A DNA stretch of 56,915 nt from an uncultured Dehalococcoidia bacterium (GCA_964384845.1 CAYLLU010000006.1:1-56915); one strand, 5' to 3'. Positions 9,573 to 19,176 are shown, numbered from the stretch's first letter. Program-made: numbers and translations. Notes: a model not told the origin generated them from the sequence alone.

Positions 9573-10117
9573 ACGGTTGGGTCGGGACTGTCCCGGCCGT
9601 GGACCACCTGGCAGGATGGCTTGTCAGCGATTACCTGGTATCAACGGCCATGGGGTTCTCGCTGGTCGTGATGTGGCTGTCTGGCCGTGATGGCGAGACT
9701 CGTATGGTGCGCCAGATCGGTGTCCTAGTGGCTTTGGCGGGAATGGCTCTGGCGAGTTGGCTGGTTTTCGCCAGCAACGGGATATTCTTCCGTGACAGGC
9801 CATTTGTTGACCTCGATGTCAACTTGCTGTTCTACAAGCCTACTGACTCATCGATGCCTTCAAACTCGGCGGCTGCCTTCTTCGGACTCGCATCTGCGGT
9901 TTGGTGGTTCCACCGTAGGACCGGCATGGCACTGCTGGCTGTTGCCGGTTTCCATGCATTCCTCCGGATCTATGTAGGCGTGCACTATCCGTCCGACGTT
10001 GTCGTAGGCGCACTAATCGGGGTGGTAGGCGCGACAGTCGCTTACCGTCTCAAGGGCCTTGTGGACCCGTTACCAGCCATGGCAGTCAAAATGGCACGTA
10101 TTCTGTGTCTGGCCTAG
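9524..10117 (+). CDS. PAP2-family phosphatase (undecaprenyl-diphosphatase-like membrane protein)
   Basis: Acid phosphatase motifs are present: RDRP, PSNS (PSGH-like) and R-x5-H-x3-D in RIYVGVHYPSD. Start uncertain (ATG 9524 or 9536). Confidence 0.85.
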   Translation: MDAGMANLDEAIFLRINGWVGTVPAVDHLAGWLVSDYLVSTAMGFSLVVMWLSGRDGETRMVRQIGVLVALAGMALASWLVFASNGIFFRDRPFVDLDVNLLFYKPTDSSMPSNSAAAFFGLASAVWWFHRRTGMALLAVAGFHAFLRIYVGVHYPSDVVVGALIGVVGATVAYRLKGLVDPLPAMAVKMARILCLA

Positions 10118-10255
10118 TCTGGGTCCTAGTGCTACGCACGTTTAATAGGGTAGGGAAGAATGTGTCCAGAAGCTACTTAGTACTTGGCATTAAAGTGTAC
10201 AGATGGGAATAGCTTCAACGTAGAGAGTATCACAGTTGTCTCCAATGTATAAAAT

Positions 10256-13200
10256 ATGTATTTCAATCTGAGACTATTCGCACTTACGAGGGGTCTTCGA
10301 TCTAGGATAGCCATAGCCGCCCTTGTGGACTTGCTGGCACTTGCGGCTGGTGTGACCCGCTTGGCCTTCACGGGGTGGTTGATCGCCCGGGTCTTCCAGG
10401 GCTATGGTCTGTCGTCTCTCGCGTTCCCTCTGATCGTTCTTGCGGTCCTCATCGCCGTTCGTGGGCATCTCCAGTATATCCGCGACTCCATTAGCTACAG
10501 CACGGCTACACAAACAAAGATCGAGATCCGTCGTCTGCTCTACTCACACATCTTGGACCTTGGTCCCGCCTTTATTGAGTGTCGTAGGACCGGTGACATC
10601 CTGATGTCACTGGTGGATGGGGTGGAGAGCCTGGAGATCTTTTTCGGCCAGTACCTGCCGCAGTTCATGGTGGCACTTGTAGCCCCTGTTCTGATATTTA
10701 TCTTTATGGCTTGGCTCGACCTCCAAATCGGGCTCATCTTCTTAGGATTTGCACTGTTCACGCTATTCATACCGGCGATGTTGCGGAACTGGACAGACGA
10801 AAACAGTCGTAATCGCCGCCAGGCCTTCGGTGCCATGGGAGCAGAGTTCTTGGACAGCGTGCAGGGCCTGGCAACCTTGAAAGCCTTCGGGCAGAGCCGC
10901 CGCCGCGCTGTGCTTTTGGCTGAGCGAGCTAGGGCGCTCTATCTCAGTACCATGCGCATAGTAGCTATCGACGGGGTATCCTCCGGCGCTACGATTCTTG
11001 GGACTTCGGCGGGTGTCACAGTGGCTCTTGTTTGGGGCGGTATTAGGGTCAGTAATGGCGATCTGGATATCAGCACCCTCGTGATAGTGCTTATGCTCGG
11101 CGGCGAGGTATTTCGCCCGGTGCGCGAGCTTGCCTCTCTATACCACCAAGGCATGGTCGCAATGGCCTCCGCCGAAGGTATTTTTTCCCTTCTGGACACC
11201 CCCGCTGACATCATCGGACCCAAAAGTAGCTGTGGACAGGAGTACACAGTCCCCCCCGAAATTCGGTTCCAGGCAGTAACCTTTGGTTACGAGGGTGGTC
11301 GACGCAGTGCACTCCAGGAATTGAGCTTTACGCTGAACCCTGGTGAGACTATGGGCCTCGTGGGCCCCTCCGGCGCTGGCAAGTCTACCCTTGTCTGGCT
11401 ATTGCTCCGCTTTTACGATCCGCAGATGGGCCGTATCATGATTGGTGGTAAAGACATACGTGATTTGCCGCTTGGTCATCTGCGCAATCAAATTGCCGTT
11501 GTGACCCAGGACACATTCCTGTTCAACGGCACGATTTCGGAAAACCTGCGTGTTGGCAGAAGGGACGCGACTCGTGAGCATCTTAAGGACGCGGCGCGTT
11601 CCGCCAACGCCCACGACTTCATATCGGCGCTCCCTGAGGGTTACGATACCGTCGTCGGGGAGCGCGGGATAAAGTTATCCGGGGGGGAACGTCAGCGAAT
11701 CGCTATTGCGAGGGCGATGCTCAAGGCGGCCCCGATACTGATCCTCGATGAAGCGCTCTCCAGTGTGGATGCCGAAAATGAAGCTGCTATTCAGCAGGCC
11801 TTGGACCGCCTTATGTCTGGAAGAACCACCCTGGTGATCGCCCATCGTTTATCCAGTGTGGTTGGTGCCGACAGCATAATGGTCTTGGACGAAGGCCAAT
11901 TAGTTGAGACTGGCATTCATCACGACCTGGCAGCAGCCGGAGGTGTCTACGCGCGCCTGATGGCGAACCAGCAAATGGAGCCAGGCCAGGACATCTTCAT
12001 GGACTCCGCGGGTCTCTCGAATAACTCCAATACTCTTACCCCGGCCGTATCGACATCAGCCCCTGCTCCAAGTGGGATCTCTGCGCGTGAAACCTTGGGA
12101 TCGATCGAGGCCTGGGCCAGACTTCTCAGAATTGCCCTACGATGGCGCTCGCAGCTAACCTTGACTCTTGTGCTGGGAATTGCATACCACTTTGCAATCA
12201 TTGGGCTTGGCGCGGCTAGCGCGATGCTCGTTGCCGCGGTATTCCGAGGAGTCGCGCTCACGCCCTTCCTCGTTCTGCTGGGGGTCGTAGCACCTCTTAC
12301 AGCTGTGTTCAGATGGATGGAGAACTGGTCTTCCCATGACTTTGCCTACAAGATACTTGCGGAGATGCGCATCGAGCTTTACGAGAAGTTGGAACCGCTC
12401 GCGCCCTCCTACTTGGTGCGAAAAAAATCTGGTGACTTAACCAGCCTTGTGGGGAGTGATATAGAAGCGGTGGAGAACTTCTTTGCTCATGTACTGACCC
12501 CGGCCTTCGTTGCGATCTTCGTGCCCGTCGTCGTGATCGTGGCCCTAGTGTCCGTCTCCTGGACACTCGCCCTGGTAATCACCCCGTTCTTGGTGACTGC
12601 AGCCGTGATTCCGTTCAAGGCTCAGCGGCAGACGGAGAGGATAGGCTGGGACATGCGAATCCAGATGGGAGACCTGAATTCCTATATCGTTGATAGCATC
12701 CAGGGGATCCGCGAGGTAGTCGCATTCGACGATGGTCCGGCAAGGACTGCGGAGACTGAGAGACGCGGGTGGAGCTACTCTGCCCTGAGGGTCCGTTTTC
12801 TCAAGACCCAGGCACTACATGCTGCGCTGATCGAGTCGATCACAGCACTTGGAGGTCTGTCCGTGCTGACCGTGGGTGTCTGGCTCATCACAAATGGCCA
12901 AATGGATAGGGCACAGTTGCCATTGGCCACACTCCTTGCGGTCTCTTTGTTCGGACCGGTCACTGAACTGGCGCCCACGCTAAATCAGCTAATGGATACC
13001 CTCGCCGCGGTGCGGCGGATATTCGCAGTCCATGACGAGCCCGTGCTGGTGCAAGACGGAGATGGGGTTAAGGACGGATTAGACGGGCGCGGACTTGTCC
13101 GTAATTCCGTGATCGAGTTCGCGGACGTCGGATTCTCATACGAGTCCTCGGACCGAAAGGCGCTTGACGGAGTGTCTTTCTCTGTACCTGCGGGGGAGAC

Positions 13201-13867
13201 GGTCGCTCTGGTGGGGCGCTCAGGTGCGGGTAAGACTACTTCGGCCCAGTTGCTGATGCGGTTCTGGGATCCTGACGAGGGCTCGGTTTCTGTCTCGGGG
13301 AATAATTTACAGGACTTCGATGTCGAAGGTCTCCGTCGGCAAATCGCCCTCGTGGCCCAGGAGACTTATCTGTTCAATACCACGATTCGGGAGAACCTCC
13401 GGATGGCTAGGCCTGGCGCCACTGATATCGAGGTCGAGAGGGCCGCCGAGACCGCCAACGCCCATGAGTTTGTCGAGTCATTTCCTGATAGGTATGAAAC
13501 CATGGTTGGAGAGAGGGGCATCCAACTCTCGGGTGGACAGAGACAGCGTATTTCCATTGCCCGTGCGCTCCTGAAGGACTCGCCCATACTAATCCTAGAC
13601 GAAGCTACATCTCACCTGGATGCTGTCAGCGAGCATCGGGTTCGCCAGGCGATGGCCCGGCTCATGGAGGGCCGCACCACTGTCGTCATCGCCCATAGAC
13701 TATCGACTGTGCGCGACGCCGATCGCATTGTGGTTCTGGATTCAGGTAAAATACAAGAAGTGGGAACGCACACCCAACTCATGGCAGATGGTGGTCTGTA
13801 CGCCCAACTCGTGCAGACCCAGTTGGTAGGTGTCTTGCCCCACTTTCCCCGCGATCCGGCACGCTGA
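10256..13867 (+). CDS. fused ABC exporter with two TMD-NBD modules in one polypeptide (CydD/CydC- or MsbA-like)
   Basis: 1203 aa. Two Walker A motifs (GPSGAGKST, GRSGAGKTT), two signatures (LSGGERQRIAIARA, LSGGQRQRISIARA), two Walker B motifs (ILILDEA) and two H-loops (IAHRLS). Each NBD is preceded by a six-helix-like hydrophobic domain. Confidence 0.9.
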   Translation: MYFNLRLFALTRGLRSRIAIAALVDLLALAAGVTRLAFTGWLIARVFQGYGLSSLAFPLIVLAVLIAVRGHLQYIRDSISYSTATQTKIEIRRLLYSHILDLGPAFIECRRTGDILMSLVDGVESLEIFFGQYLPQFMVALVAPVLIFIFMAWLDLQIGLIFLGFALFTLFIPAMLRNWTDENSRNRRQAFGAMGAEFLDSVQGLATLKAFGQSRRRAVLLAERARALYLSTMRIVAIDGVSSGATILGTSAGVTVALVWGGIRVSNGDLDISTLVIVLMLGGEVFRPVRELASLYHQGMVAMASAEGIFSLLDTPADIIGPKSSCGQEYTVPPEIRFQAVTFGYEGGRRSALQELSFTLNPGETMGLVGPSGAGKSTLVWLLLRFYDPQMGRIMIGGKDIRDLPLGHLRNQIAVVTQDTFLFNGTISENLRVGRRDATREHLKDAARSANAHDFISALPEGYDTVVGERGIKLSGGERQRIAIARAMLKAAPILILDEALSSVDAENEAAIQQALDRLMSGRTTLVIAHRLSSVVGADSIMVLDEGQLVETGIHHDLAAAGGVYARLMANQQMEPGQDIFMDSAGLSNNSNTLTPAVSTSAPAPSGISARETLGSIEAWARLLRIALRWRSQLTLTLVLGIAYHFAIIGLGAASAMLVAAVFRGVALTPFLVLLGVVAPLTAVFRWMENWSSHDFAYKILAEMRIELYEKLEPLAPSYLVRKKSGDLTSLVGSDIEAVENFFAHVLTPAFVAIFVPVVVIVALVSVSWTLALVITPFLVTAAVIPFKAQRQTERIGWDMRIQMGDLNSYIVDSIQGIREVVAFDDGPARTAETERRGWSYSALRVRFLKTQALHAALIESITALGGLSVLTVGVWLITNGQMDRAQLPLATLLAVSLFGPVTELAPTLNQLMDTLAAVRRIFAVHDEPVLVQDGDGVKDGLDGRGLVRNSVIEFADVGFSYESSDRKALDGVSFSVPAGETVALVGRSGAGKTTSAQLLMRFWDPDEGSVSVSGNNLQDFDVEGLRRQIALVAQETYLFNTTIRENLRMARPGATDIEVERAAETANAHEFVESFPDRYETMVGERGIQLSGGQRQRISIARALLKDSPILILDEATSHLDAVSEHRVRQAMARLMEGRTTVVIAHRLSTVRDADRIVVLDSGKIQEVGTHTQLMADGGLYAQLVQTQLVGVLPHFPRDPAR

Positions 13868-13911
13868 TAACTCTGCTCGTTGTTTGGTGAGAATCTGCCG
13901 AGAAGGTCCAC

Positions 13912-15003
13912 CTAGCTTCCGGAGCCCACTCCCCTTAACTCCTCCTCGACACCATATTTGTGGAAGAGTTCTGAGACCTGAGACCAGGTCGCATCCTCTA
14001 TGTAGACACCGTGCTCTAGCCTCTGGCTTCGTGCTCGGGACTCGATCTCACCTGGATAGAGTACCTCGTCCGTGCCTTCTATTGTCGGCGTGTCCTTGAG
14101 GTACTTGGTCATCGCCTCCGCCTGGGACTTGATCTCGTCTATAGGCGAGAGTCGGGCCAAGTCGATTACAATGATTGACGATCCGCCCCAAGCGATCTCT
14201 GGTAGCCGGCTCCCGGGGGAGGCTATCTCGCCGAGCAAGCCGCCAAGGAGAGCCACCATCACCGACAACGCGTAGCCTTTGTGGCCGCCCGTGGTGCCGC
14301 CAATAGGAAGTATGGCGCCACCGTCATAGTAATCATTTGGATTCCGACTCGGGAAACCGTCCTTGTCGATCACCCAATCGTCGGGCAATTCGTGTCCCCG
14401 GTTCCGATAAACACGCAGTTTGCCCTCAGCGGCGATCGAGCTTGCGAAATCCATCAGTACCGGACCTTTGTCAGTATGGGGAAATGATATGGCGATGGGA
14501 TTGGTCCCGAGGCGCCTAGCGCGACCGCCGAAAGGGGTCACATTGTTGAGTGTAGCCCCGCCGTAGAACCCAGCGAACATGATCCCGACCATGCCCTCGT
14601 GAGCGGCCATCTCAGGATAAGCGCCCACGCGGCCTATGTGACTGAGGTTCCCCATAGCCACCATACTTACACCGAACTCGCGGGCTAGCTCAATGGCCAG
14701 TTTCGTAGAGAAAGTCGCCACCACTTGGCCAAAGGTCTTATTACCTTCGACCAGTGCCGTAGCACCGTGCCCGCTAACTACCTCAGGGCATGCCTTTGGG
14801 TCGAGGGATCCGTCCTGGATCGAGGCCAAGTACTGTGGTATACGAATGAATCCATGGGAGTCATGGCCTGCCAAATTGGCGTCGGCTAGATGCTCGGCCA
14901 CCGTCATCGCATGAGGCTCTGAGGCCCCGCCAGCTCTAAGCATTACGTCGGCGATCTTGACGATGTCCGCTCTGGTCAATTTGGGCATGGGGCTCCTTTG
15001 CAC
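13912..15003 (-). CDS. Ldh_2-family NAD(P)H-dependent 2-oxo/2-hydroxy acid dehydrogenase (ComC/SlcC/AllD/DpkA family)
   Basis: 363 aa with the AGHDSHGFIRIPQY motif and overall malate/L-lactate dehydrogenase type-2 pattern. AAGGAG SD. Substrate not assignable. Confidence 0.88.
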   Translation of the reverse strand: MQRSPMPKLTRADIVKIADVMLRAGGASEPHAMTVAEHLADANLAGHDSHGFIRIPQYLASIQDGSLDPKACPEVVSGHGATALVEGNKTFGQVVATFSTKLAIELAREFGVSMVAMGNLSHIGRVGAYPEMAAHEGMVGIMFAGFYGGATLNNVTPFGGRARRLGTNPIAISFPHTDKGPVLMDFASSIAAEGKLRVYRNRGHELPDDWVIDKDGFPSRNPNDYYDGGAILPIGGTTGGHKGYALSVMVALLGGLLGEIASPGSRLPEIAWGGSSIIVIDLARLSPIDEIKSQAEAMTKYLKDTPTIEGTDEVLYPGEIESRARSQRLEHGVYIEDATWSQVSELFHKYGVEEELRGVGSGS

Positions 15004-15357
15004 TCAGACCCTCTCAAGGGGGAGATAATCAGTTCACTCGTAATGTGGTTGGACCATTGCACCACCTCAGAATGCAACGATATGCCATTCACGTGCTGCT
15101 CGATTAGTTGTATTACGAACCCCAAGTCGCACAACGGCGATTATGGAGGTTGCTCGTTTGCGGGCGCGTCACCACCAATGTAGACCAGATAAGCAAAGAC
15201 TAGCTCCGGGAATACCTGGGTGATTACGGCTTGACCTCTGTGGTCAAGAGTGAGATTGACATTGTGCTCTGGATGTTCCGGTCTCTTACTTACCAAACCA
15301 GAGAATATGTCCAGATATTCGCTAGAAGTTACAGTCCCGGTTGTCGTATTTAGCGGA

Positions 15358-16497
15358 TTACTCTCTGCTCAGCAAGGCCTCTCGAAGACTATGGAGTACT
15401 ATTTCGAGGTCCTCGGTACTGAGGTTCGTGGGATCCACCCCGAGTTCGTCAGGGTTCCCAAGCGTGTGTAGATAAACTCGAGGGTCTCCGTTCGCCAATT
15501 TGACGGTCACCTCGTCGCGGGAAGGTCCTTCCCAATCCTTCGTGAACGTCATTACTGCAGTCGGTATGTGGTAGTCGTAACGGTCGTGCCTCACCCCGAC
15601 ATCCAGACCTGGAAACTCGATCAGTGCGTCGACGACCGTATGCGCGATAGCGAGAAAACGTTCGTTCTCGGCTTCTTCGTCCTCCGCGAGAAAGGCCTGG
15701 AGAGCGTGCAGCAGCCCCACCACCTCCTCCTTGGCTACCTTCATGCCCCTGCCCAGGAACTGTCCGGGGGCCGCGTTAGCTACCGCTGCTTCTATCAGGT
15801 CTGCACGGCCGCACAGGATACCAGTACCTTGTGGCCCGCGGATGGATTTACCGCCACTATACACCACCATGTCGGCTCCCTGGGCCACATATTTACGCAA
15901 ATTGGAACGAGGGGGAAGCATCGAGGCTGCGTCCACGATGACGGGCACGCCCCGGGCCTGGGCGCTCTCACAGACCTCCTCGAGCGGAATTGCCCTTGTC
16001 GTCAGGAAAGGGGAGAACAAGTATGCAACTGCAGCGGTGCGCTCGGTATAGGCCGCCTCGAGTTGCCAAGGGTGACAACTACGGCCGGTACCGATACCCA
16101 CTAACTTGGCCCCAGCAACGCGGTAGGCCTGGTCGTAGTTAAAGCGGTGGCTGTTCTGAATGATGATCTCGTTCTTGAGCCCCGTCGTATCCGGAAGCTG
16201 TGCCATCTTCGAGGGATCTGATCCGGCGATGCATGCCGCTGCCTGCAGTACTAGTCCGCCTGCGGACCCGCTACATACGAAAGCCGCCTCGGCGCCAATG
16301 GACTCGGCTATCAACTCTCCGACCTTGCGGTTCAGTTCATTTATATCCACCAAGACAGTGGCGGCCTTGTTCATAACCTCCATCACCTCAGGACGCAGTT
16401 TAGTGCCTCCATAGCGTGTGGTTGTACCGGACGCGGCGATGGCCGGCCTCACGCCGATATCGCGATATACTTGGGCCGCATCGTCGATCTCTGTCAT
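15358..16497 (-). CDS. SelA-like PLP-dependent enzyme (DgaE / L-seryl-tRNA(Sec) selenium transferase-related fold)
   Basis: 379 aa. YSGGKSIRGPQGTGIL carries the probable PLP-lysine, as in the SelA/DgaE family. N-terminus GTTTRYGG. Confidence 0.82.
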   Translation of the reverse strand: MTEIDDAAQVYRDIGVRPAIAASGTTTRYGGTKLRPEVMEVMNKAATVLVDINELNRKVGELIAESIGAEAAFVCSGSAGGLVLQAAACIAGSDPSKMAQLPDTTGLKNEIIIQNSHRFNYDQAYRVAGAKLVGIGTGRSCHPWQLEAAYTERTAAVAYLFSPFLTTRAIPLEEVCESAQARGVPVIVDAASMLPPRSNLRKYVAQGADMVVYSGGKSIRGPQGTGILCGRADLIEAAVANAAPGQFLGRGMKVAKEEVVGLLHALQAFLAEDEEAENERFLAIAHTVVDALIEFPGLDVGVRHDRYDYHIPTAVMTFTKDWEGPSRDEVTVKLANGDPRVYLHTLGNPDELGVDPTNLSTEDLEIVLHSLREALLSRE

Positions 16498-16693
16498 GTC
16501 TTACCTCTATATCATTGCTGTTTCTGTCGTAGGAGGGACAACTCCCATCGACGCTCGGCAGATTATACCACTGCCGCCGGTGTTCTCCCATTGTAATCTC
16601 TAAGTGAAGAATCGCCCCGGTGATCGGGTGTCTTCACAGCCATCTGGTCAAATATGACGGGCTGCTCTGCATCACCGGAGCACAGCGAACTAC

Positions 16694-18184
16694 CTATCCT
16701 TGGGTACGCCCTATTGCACACTTCCATGCCGTGTAAAGTCGCTGTCTCTCTGCGTCTTGCATCTTAGGTTCGAACCGCGTGTCGCTGCGCCAATGTTCCA
16801 CGATCTCCGTCAGGTCGTTCCAGAATCCTACCGCTAGCCCAGCTAGATAGGCGGCGCCAAGTGCGGTAGTCTCCGAGACGGCGCTCCGTTCAATAGGAAT
16901 TCCCAGAATGTCGGCCTGGAATTGCATCATTAACTCACTTGCCGTACCCCCACCGTCCACCCGCAGCAGTGGCACTTGTTGGCCTGTGTCCTTCGACATT
17001 GCGTCAACTACGTCCCTCGTCTGGTAAGCTGTCGACTCTAACGCTGCTCGTGCAAAGTGCCCGCTGTTTGTTCCTCGAGTGATCCCCAAAACGGCGCCCC
17101 TTGCGTTCATGTCCCAATGGGGTGCACCGAGCCCCGTGAAGGCAGGTACCAAGTATACTCCGCCGTTGTCGGGTACGGTCTTTGCCAACGCGTCTACATC
17201 GGACGTCTCCGCTATCAATCCGAGCCCATCCCTCAGCCACTGAATGGTCGAGCCCGTGGCAAAGATACTACCCTCCAGGGCGTAGGTCACCTCGTTGCCG
17301 AGCTGCCAGGCTATCGTTGAGATCATCCCGGACTTAGATTGGACCCGTCTGGCCGCGGTGTTGGACATCATGAAAGATCCGGTGCCGTAGGTATTCTTTG
17401 CCATCCCAGGGTGGCAACACCCTTGTCCAAAGAGCGAGGCATGCTGGTCGCCAACAACACCTGCAATTGGGATAGTTGTCCCCTCGAACATCTCATGGGA
17501 CGTTTGCCCGAATATACCGCTAGACGGCCTGACCTCCGGAAGCAGTGAAGTGGGTATGTCCAGGATTTCCGTTAGACCGGAGTCCCACTGCAGGTCGTCG
17601 ATATTGAACAACATCGTTCTGGATGCGTTGGAGACGTCCGTGGCGTGAACCGTGCCGTTGGTTAACTTCCACAGCAGCCAACTGTCCACGGTCCCAAACA
17701 CCAAATCGCCCTTTTCGGCCAACTGCTGACCATATGGTATGGCGTCCAGTATCCATCTGAGCTTCGTCGCCGAAAAATAAGCGTCGATTGGCAGACCGGT
17801 CTTGGCACGGACAGTCGCCTCTAGGCCCTGCTCCTTCATCTTATTGCACAGTGTCGTCGAGCGCCTACATTGCCACACGATAGCGTTGTGTACCGGCACG
17901 CCGGTCGTTCTGTCCCAAACAAGCGTCGTCTCACGCTGGTTTGATATTCCCATAGCCACGATCTGTTGGGGGGTAGTCGCTGTCTCCTCCAGGAGATCGT
18001 GCATGACCGAAAGGCATGAATCGAATAGTTCCTCGGGATCGTGCTCGACCCAGCCGGGCTGCGGGTATATCTGGGTTATTTCCTGATTAGTCTGCCACAC
18101 AGTCCGCCCTGAGCCGTCCACCAGCAATGCCGTAGTCCCTGTCGTGCCCTGGTCGATGGCTAGGATGTATCTTGCCCGTGTCAT
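16694..18184 (-). CDS. glpK: glycerol kinase
   Basis: Start re-set to ATG 18184 (the ORF track gives 18286). ILAIDQGTTGTT, GWVEHDP, NQRETT, GDQHASLFGQ and VDGG motifs are collinear with E. coli GlpK as I recall it. Confidence 0.95.
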   Translation of the reverse strand: MTRARYILAIDQGTTGTTALLVDGSGRTVWQTNQEITQIYPQPGWVEHDPEELFDSCLSVMHDLLEETATTPQQIVAMGISNQRETTLVWDRTTGVPVHNAIVWQCRRSTTLCNKMKEQGLEATVRAKTGLPIDAYFSATKLRWILDAIPYGQQLAEKGDLVFGTVDSWLLWKLTNGTVHATDVSNASRTMLFNIDDLQWDSGLTEILDIPTSLLPEVRPSSGIFGQTSHEMFEGTTIPIAGVVGDQHASLFGQGCCHPGMAKNTYGTGSFMMSNTAARRVQSKSGMISTIAWQLGNEVTYALEGSIFATGSTIQWLRDGLGLIAETSDVDALAKTVPDNGGVYLVPAFTGLGAPHWDMNARGAVLGITRGTNSGHFARAALESTAYQTRDVVDAMSKDTGQQVPLLRVDGGGTASELMMQFQADILGIPIERSAVSETTALGAAYLAGLAVGFWNDLTEIVEHWRSDTRFEPKMQDAERQRLYTAWKCAIGRTQG

Positions 18185-18722
18185 AACCTGCCTCTCGAAC
18201 TCTCTTCGTGTCAGCGCGGACCTGCATCGTCGGTGATACCTTACCAGGATACTGCACAGACTAGTTTTGGTGAGATTGGGTGCCATTCAACATCTGCATA
18301 GTTGTCTGAAAATATGGAACATTGCGGTACCGGCATTATGTCATTCTCAAACGACGTTAAAGGGGTGTACAGAAGACGAAGCACCGCTGCCTATCCTGAA
18401 TTCGGGAAGAGCCTTGCGTGTGAGGGACTCTTATACAACATAAACAGATATTTGCTCATTGCTTATATTGAAAGACGGATCGATAGAGGTGTATAGGATT
18501 GGATTAAGTTGGTAGATCACAGACGATAGGCTGTGGTTAGGGGTGAGGGAAGCTCTAGGCATAGGCGAACTGTAATGGTTTTGGCACTTAGGTCTGCCAC
18601 GTACATATAACCTGAGATGCCGTCGTGGATGCTCCCGTTTCGACTAGTCTACTCTCAGCCAATTGCCTAGCAGGTCGTCGGGGCCGGTGAAAAATCGCTG
18701 GAAGTGATGGCCTGAGTATTCC

Positions 18723-18752
18723 TTGACAACACTTGAATCCTTTTGCTATCGT
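18723..18752 (+). promoter_or_regulatory. sigma-70-like promoter of the zinc-ribbon micro-protein gene
   Basis: TTGACA (18723-18728), an 18-nt spacer, then TATCGT (18747-18752). Confidence 0.35.
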
Positions 18753-18787
18753 TGACCGCCGATCGATTAATTCATGCGTTTTGATTC

Positions 18788-19087
18788 ATGTCTTATAATA
18801 CGAAAGAGAGGTTCAAGATAGTGGAAACGTCAACGTCGACAGTGTCGAAAGATAACGAGATACTCGACATTCTCGAGATTCCCACCTGTCAGCACCAGTG
18901 GCTTATAGAGTCTCCCAACGGGCCTACCAGCAATGGGGAGTGCCGAACTTGTGGTGAGGAGAGGCAATTCGATAATTATATAGATGGTTCCTCATGGGGT
19001 TATGATACATCAACCGAACTGGGTGCTTCGCATGTTCCGACCAAGAAGGAGATGCAGCGGGGCTCCAGTGTAGACGGGGATGATTGA
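18788..19087 (+). CDS. small CxH...CxxC zinc-ribbon protein, paralogue 1
   Basis: Open from ATG 18788 (99 aa). GTG 18821 has the better SD (AGAGAGG), which would give 88 aa. Core CQHQWLIESPNGPTSNGECRTCGEERQFDN. Paralogous to 30355..30543. Confidence 0.65.
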   Translation: MSYNTKERFKIVETSTSTVSKDNEILDILEIPTCQHQWLIESPNGPTSNGECRTCGEERQFDNYIDGSSWGYDTSTELGASHVPTKKEMQRGSSVDGDD

Positions 19088-19126
19088 CTGGACCGACCAT
19101 AAGTGACCATAGGTTCTGAAGTGAGG

Positions 19127-19160
19127 AACGCCACGGCATTAGAAGTCGTGGCGTTTTTGT
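19127..19160 (+). terminator. rho-independent terminator
   Basis: Perfect 9-bp stem AACGCCACG (19127-19135) / CGTGGCGTT (19147-19155) followed by TTTTGTATT. Lies 40 nt after the zinc-ribbon gene stop. Confidence 0.75.
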
Positions 19161-19176
19161 ATTCGCAAATGAGAGG

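Noticed and set aside
14998-15183. Cys/Ser/Thr-rich 61-aa ORF (…CTTSECNDMPFTCCSISCITNPKSH…) that looks superficially like a RiPP or lanthipeptide precursor.
   Set aside because: It has a TTG start with no SD and overlaps the start of the divergent Ldh_2 gene. No modification enzyme, protease or dedicated transporter is nearby. It is most likely a chance frame.
16755-16775. GGTTCGAACC-like strings (also near 6925) checked as possible tRNA T-arms.
   Set aside because: Both lie inside well-supported coding regions (glpK, moeA) and have no surrounding cloverleaf pairing. No tRNA genes were found in the window.
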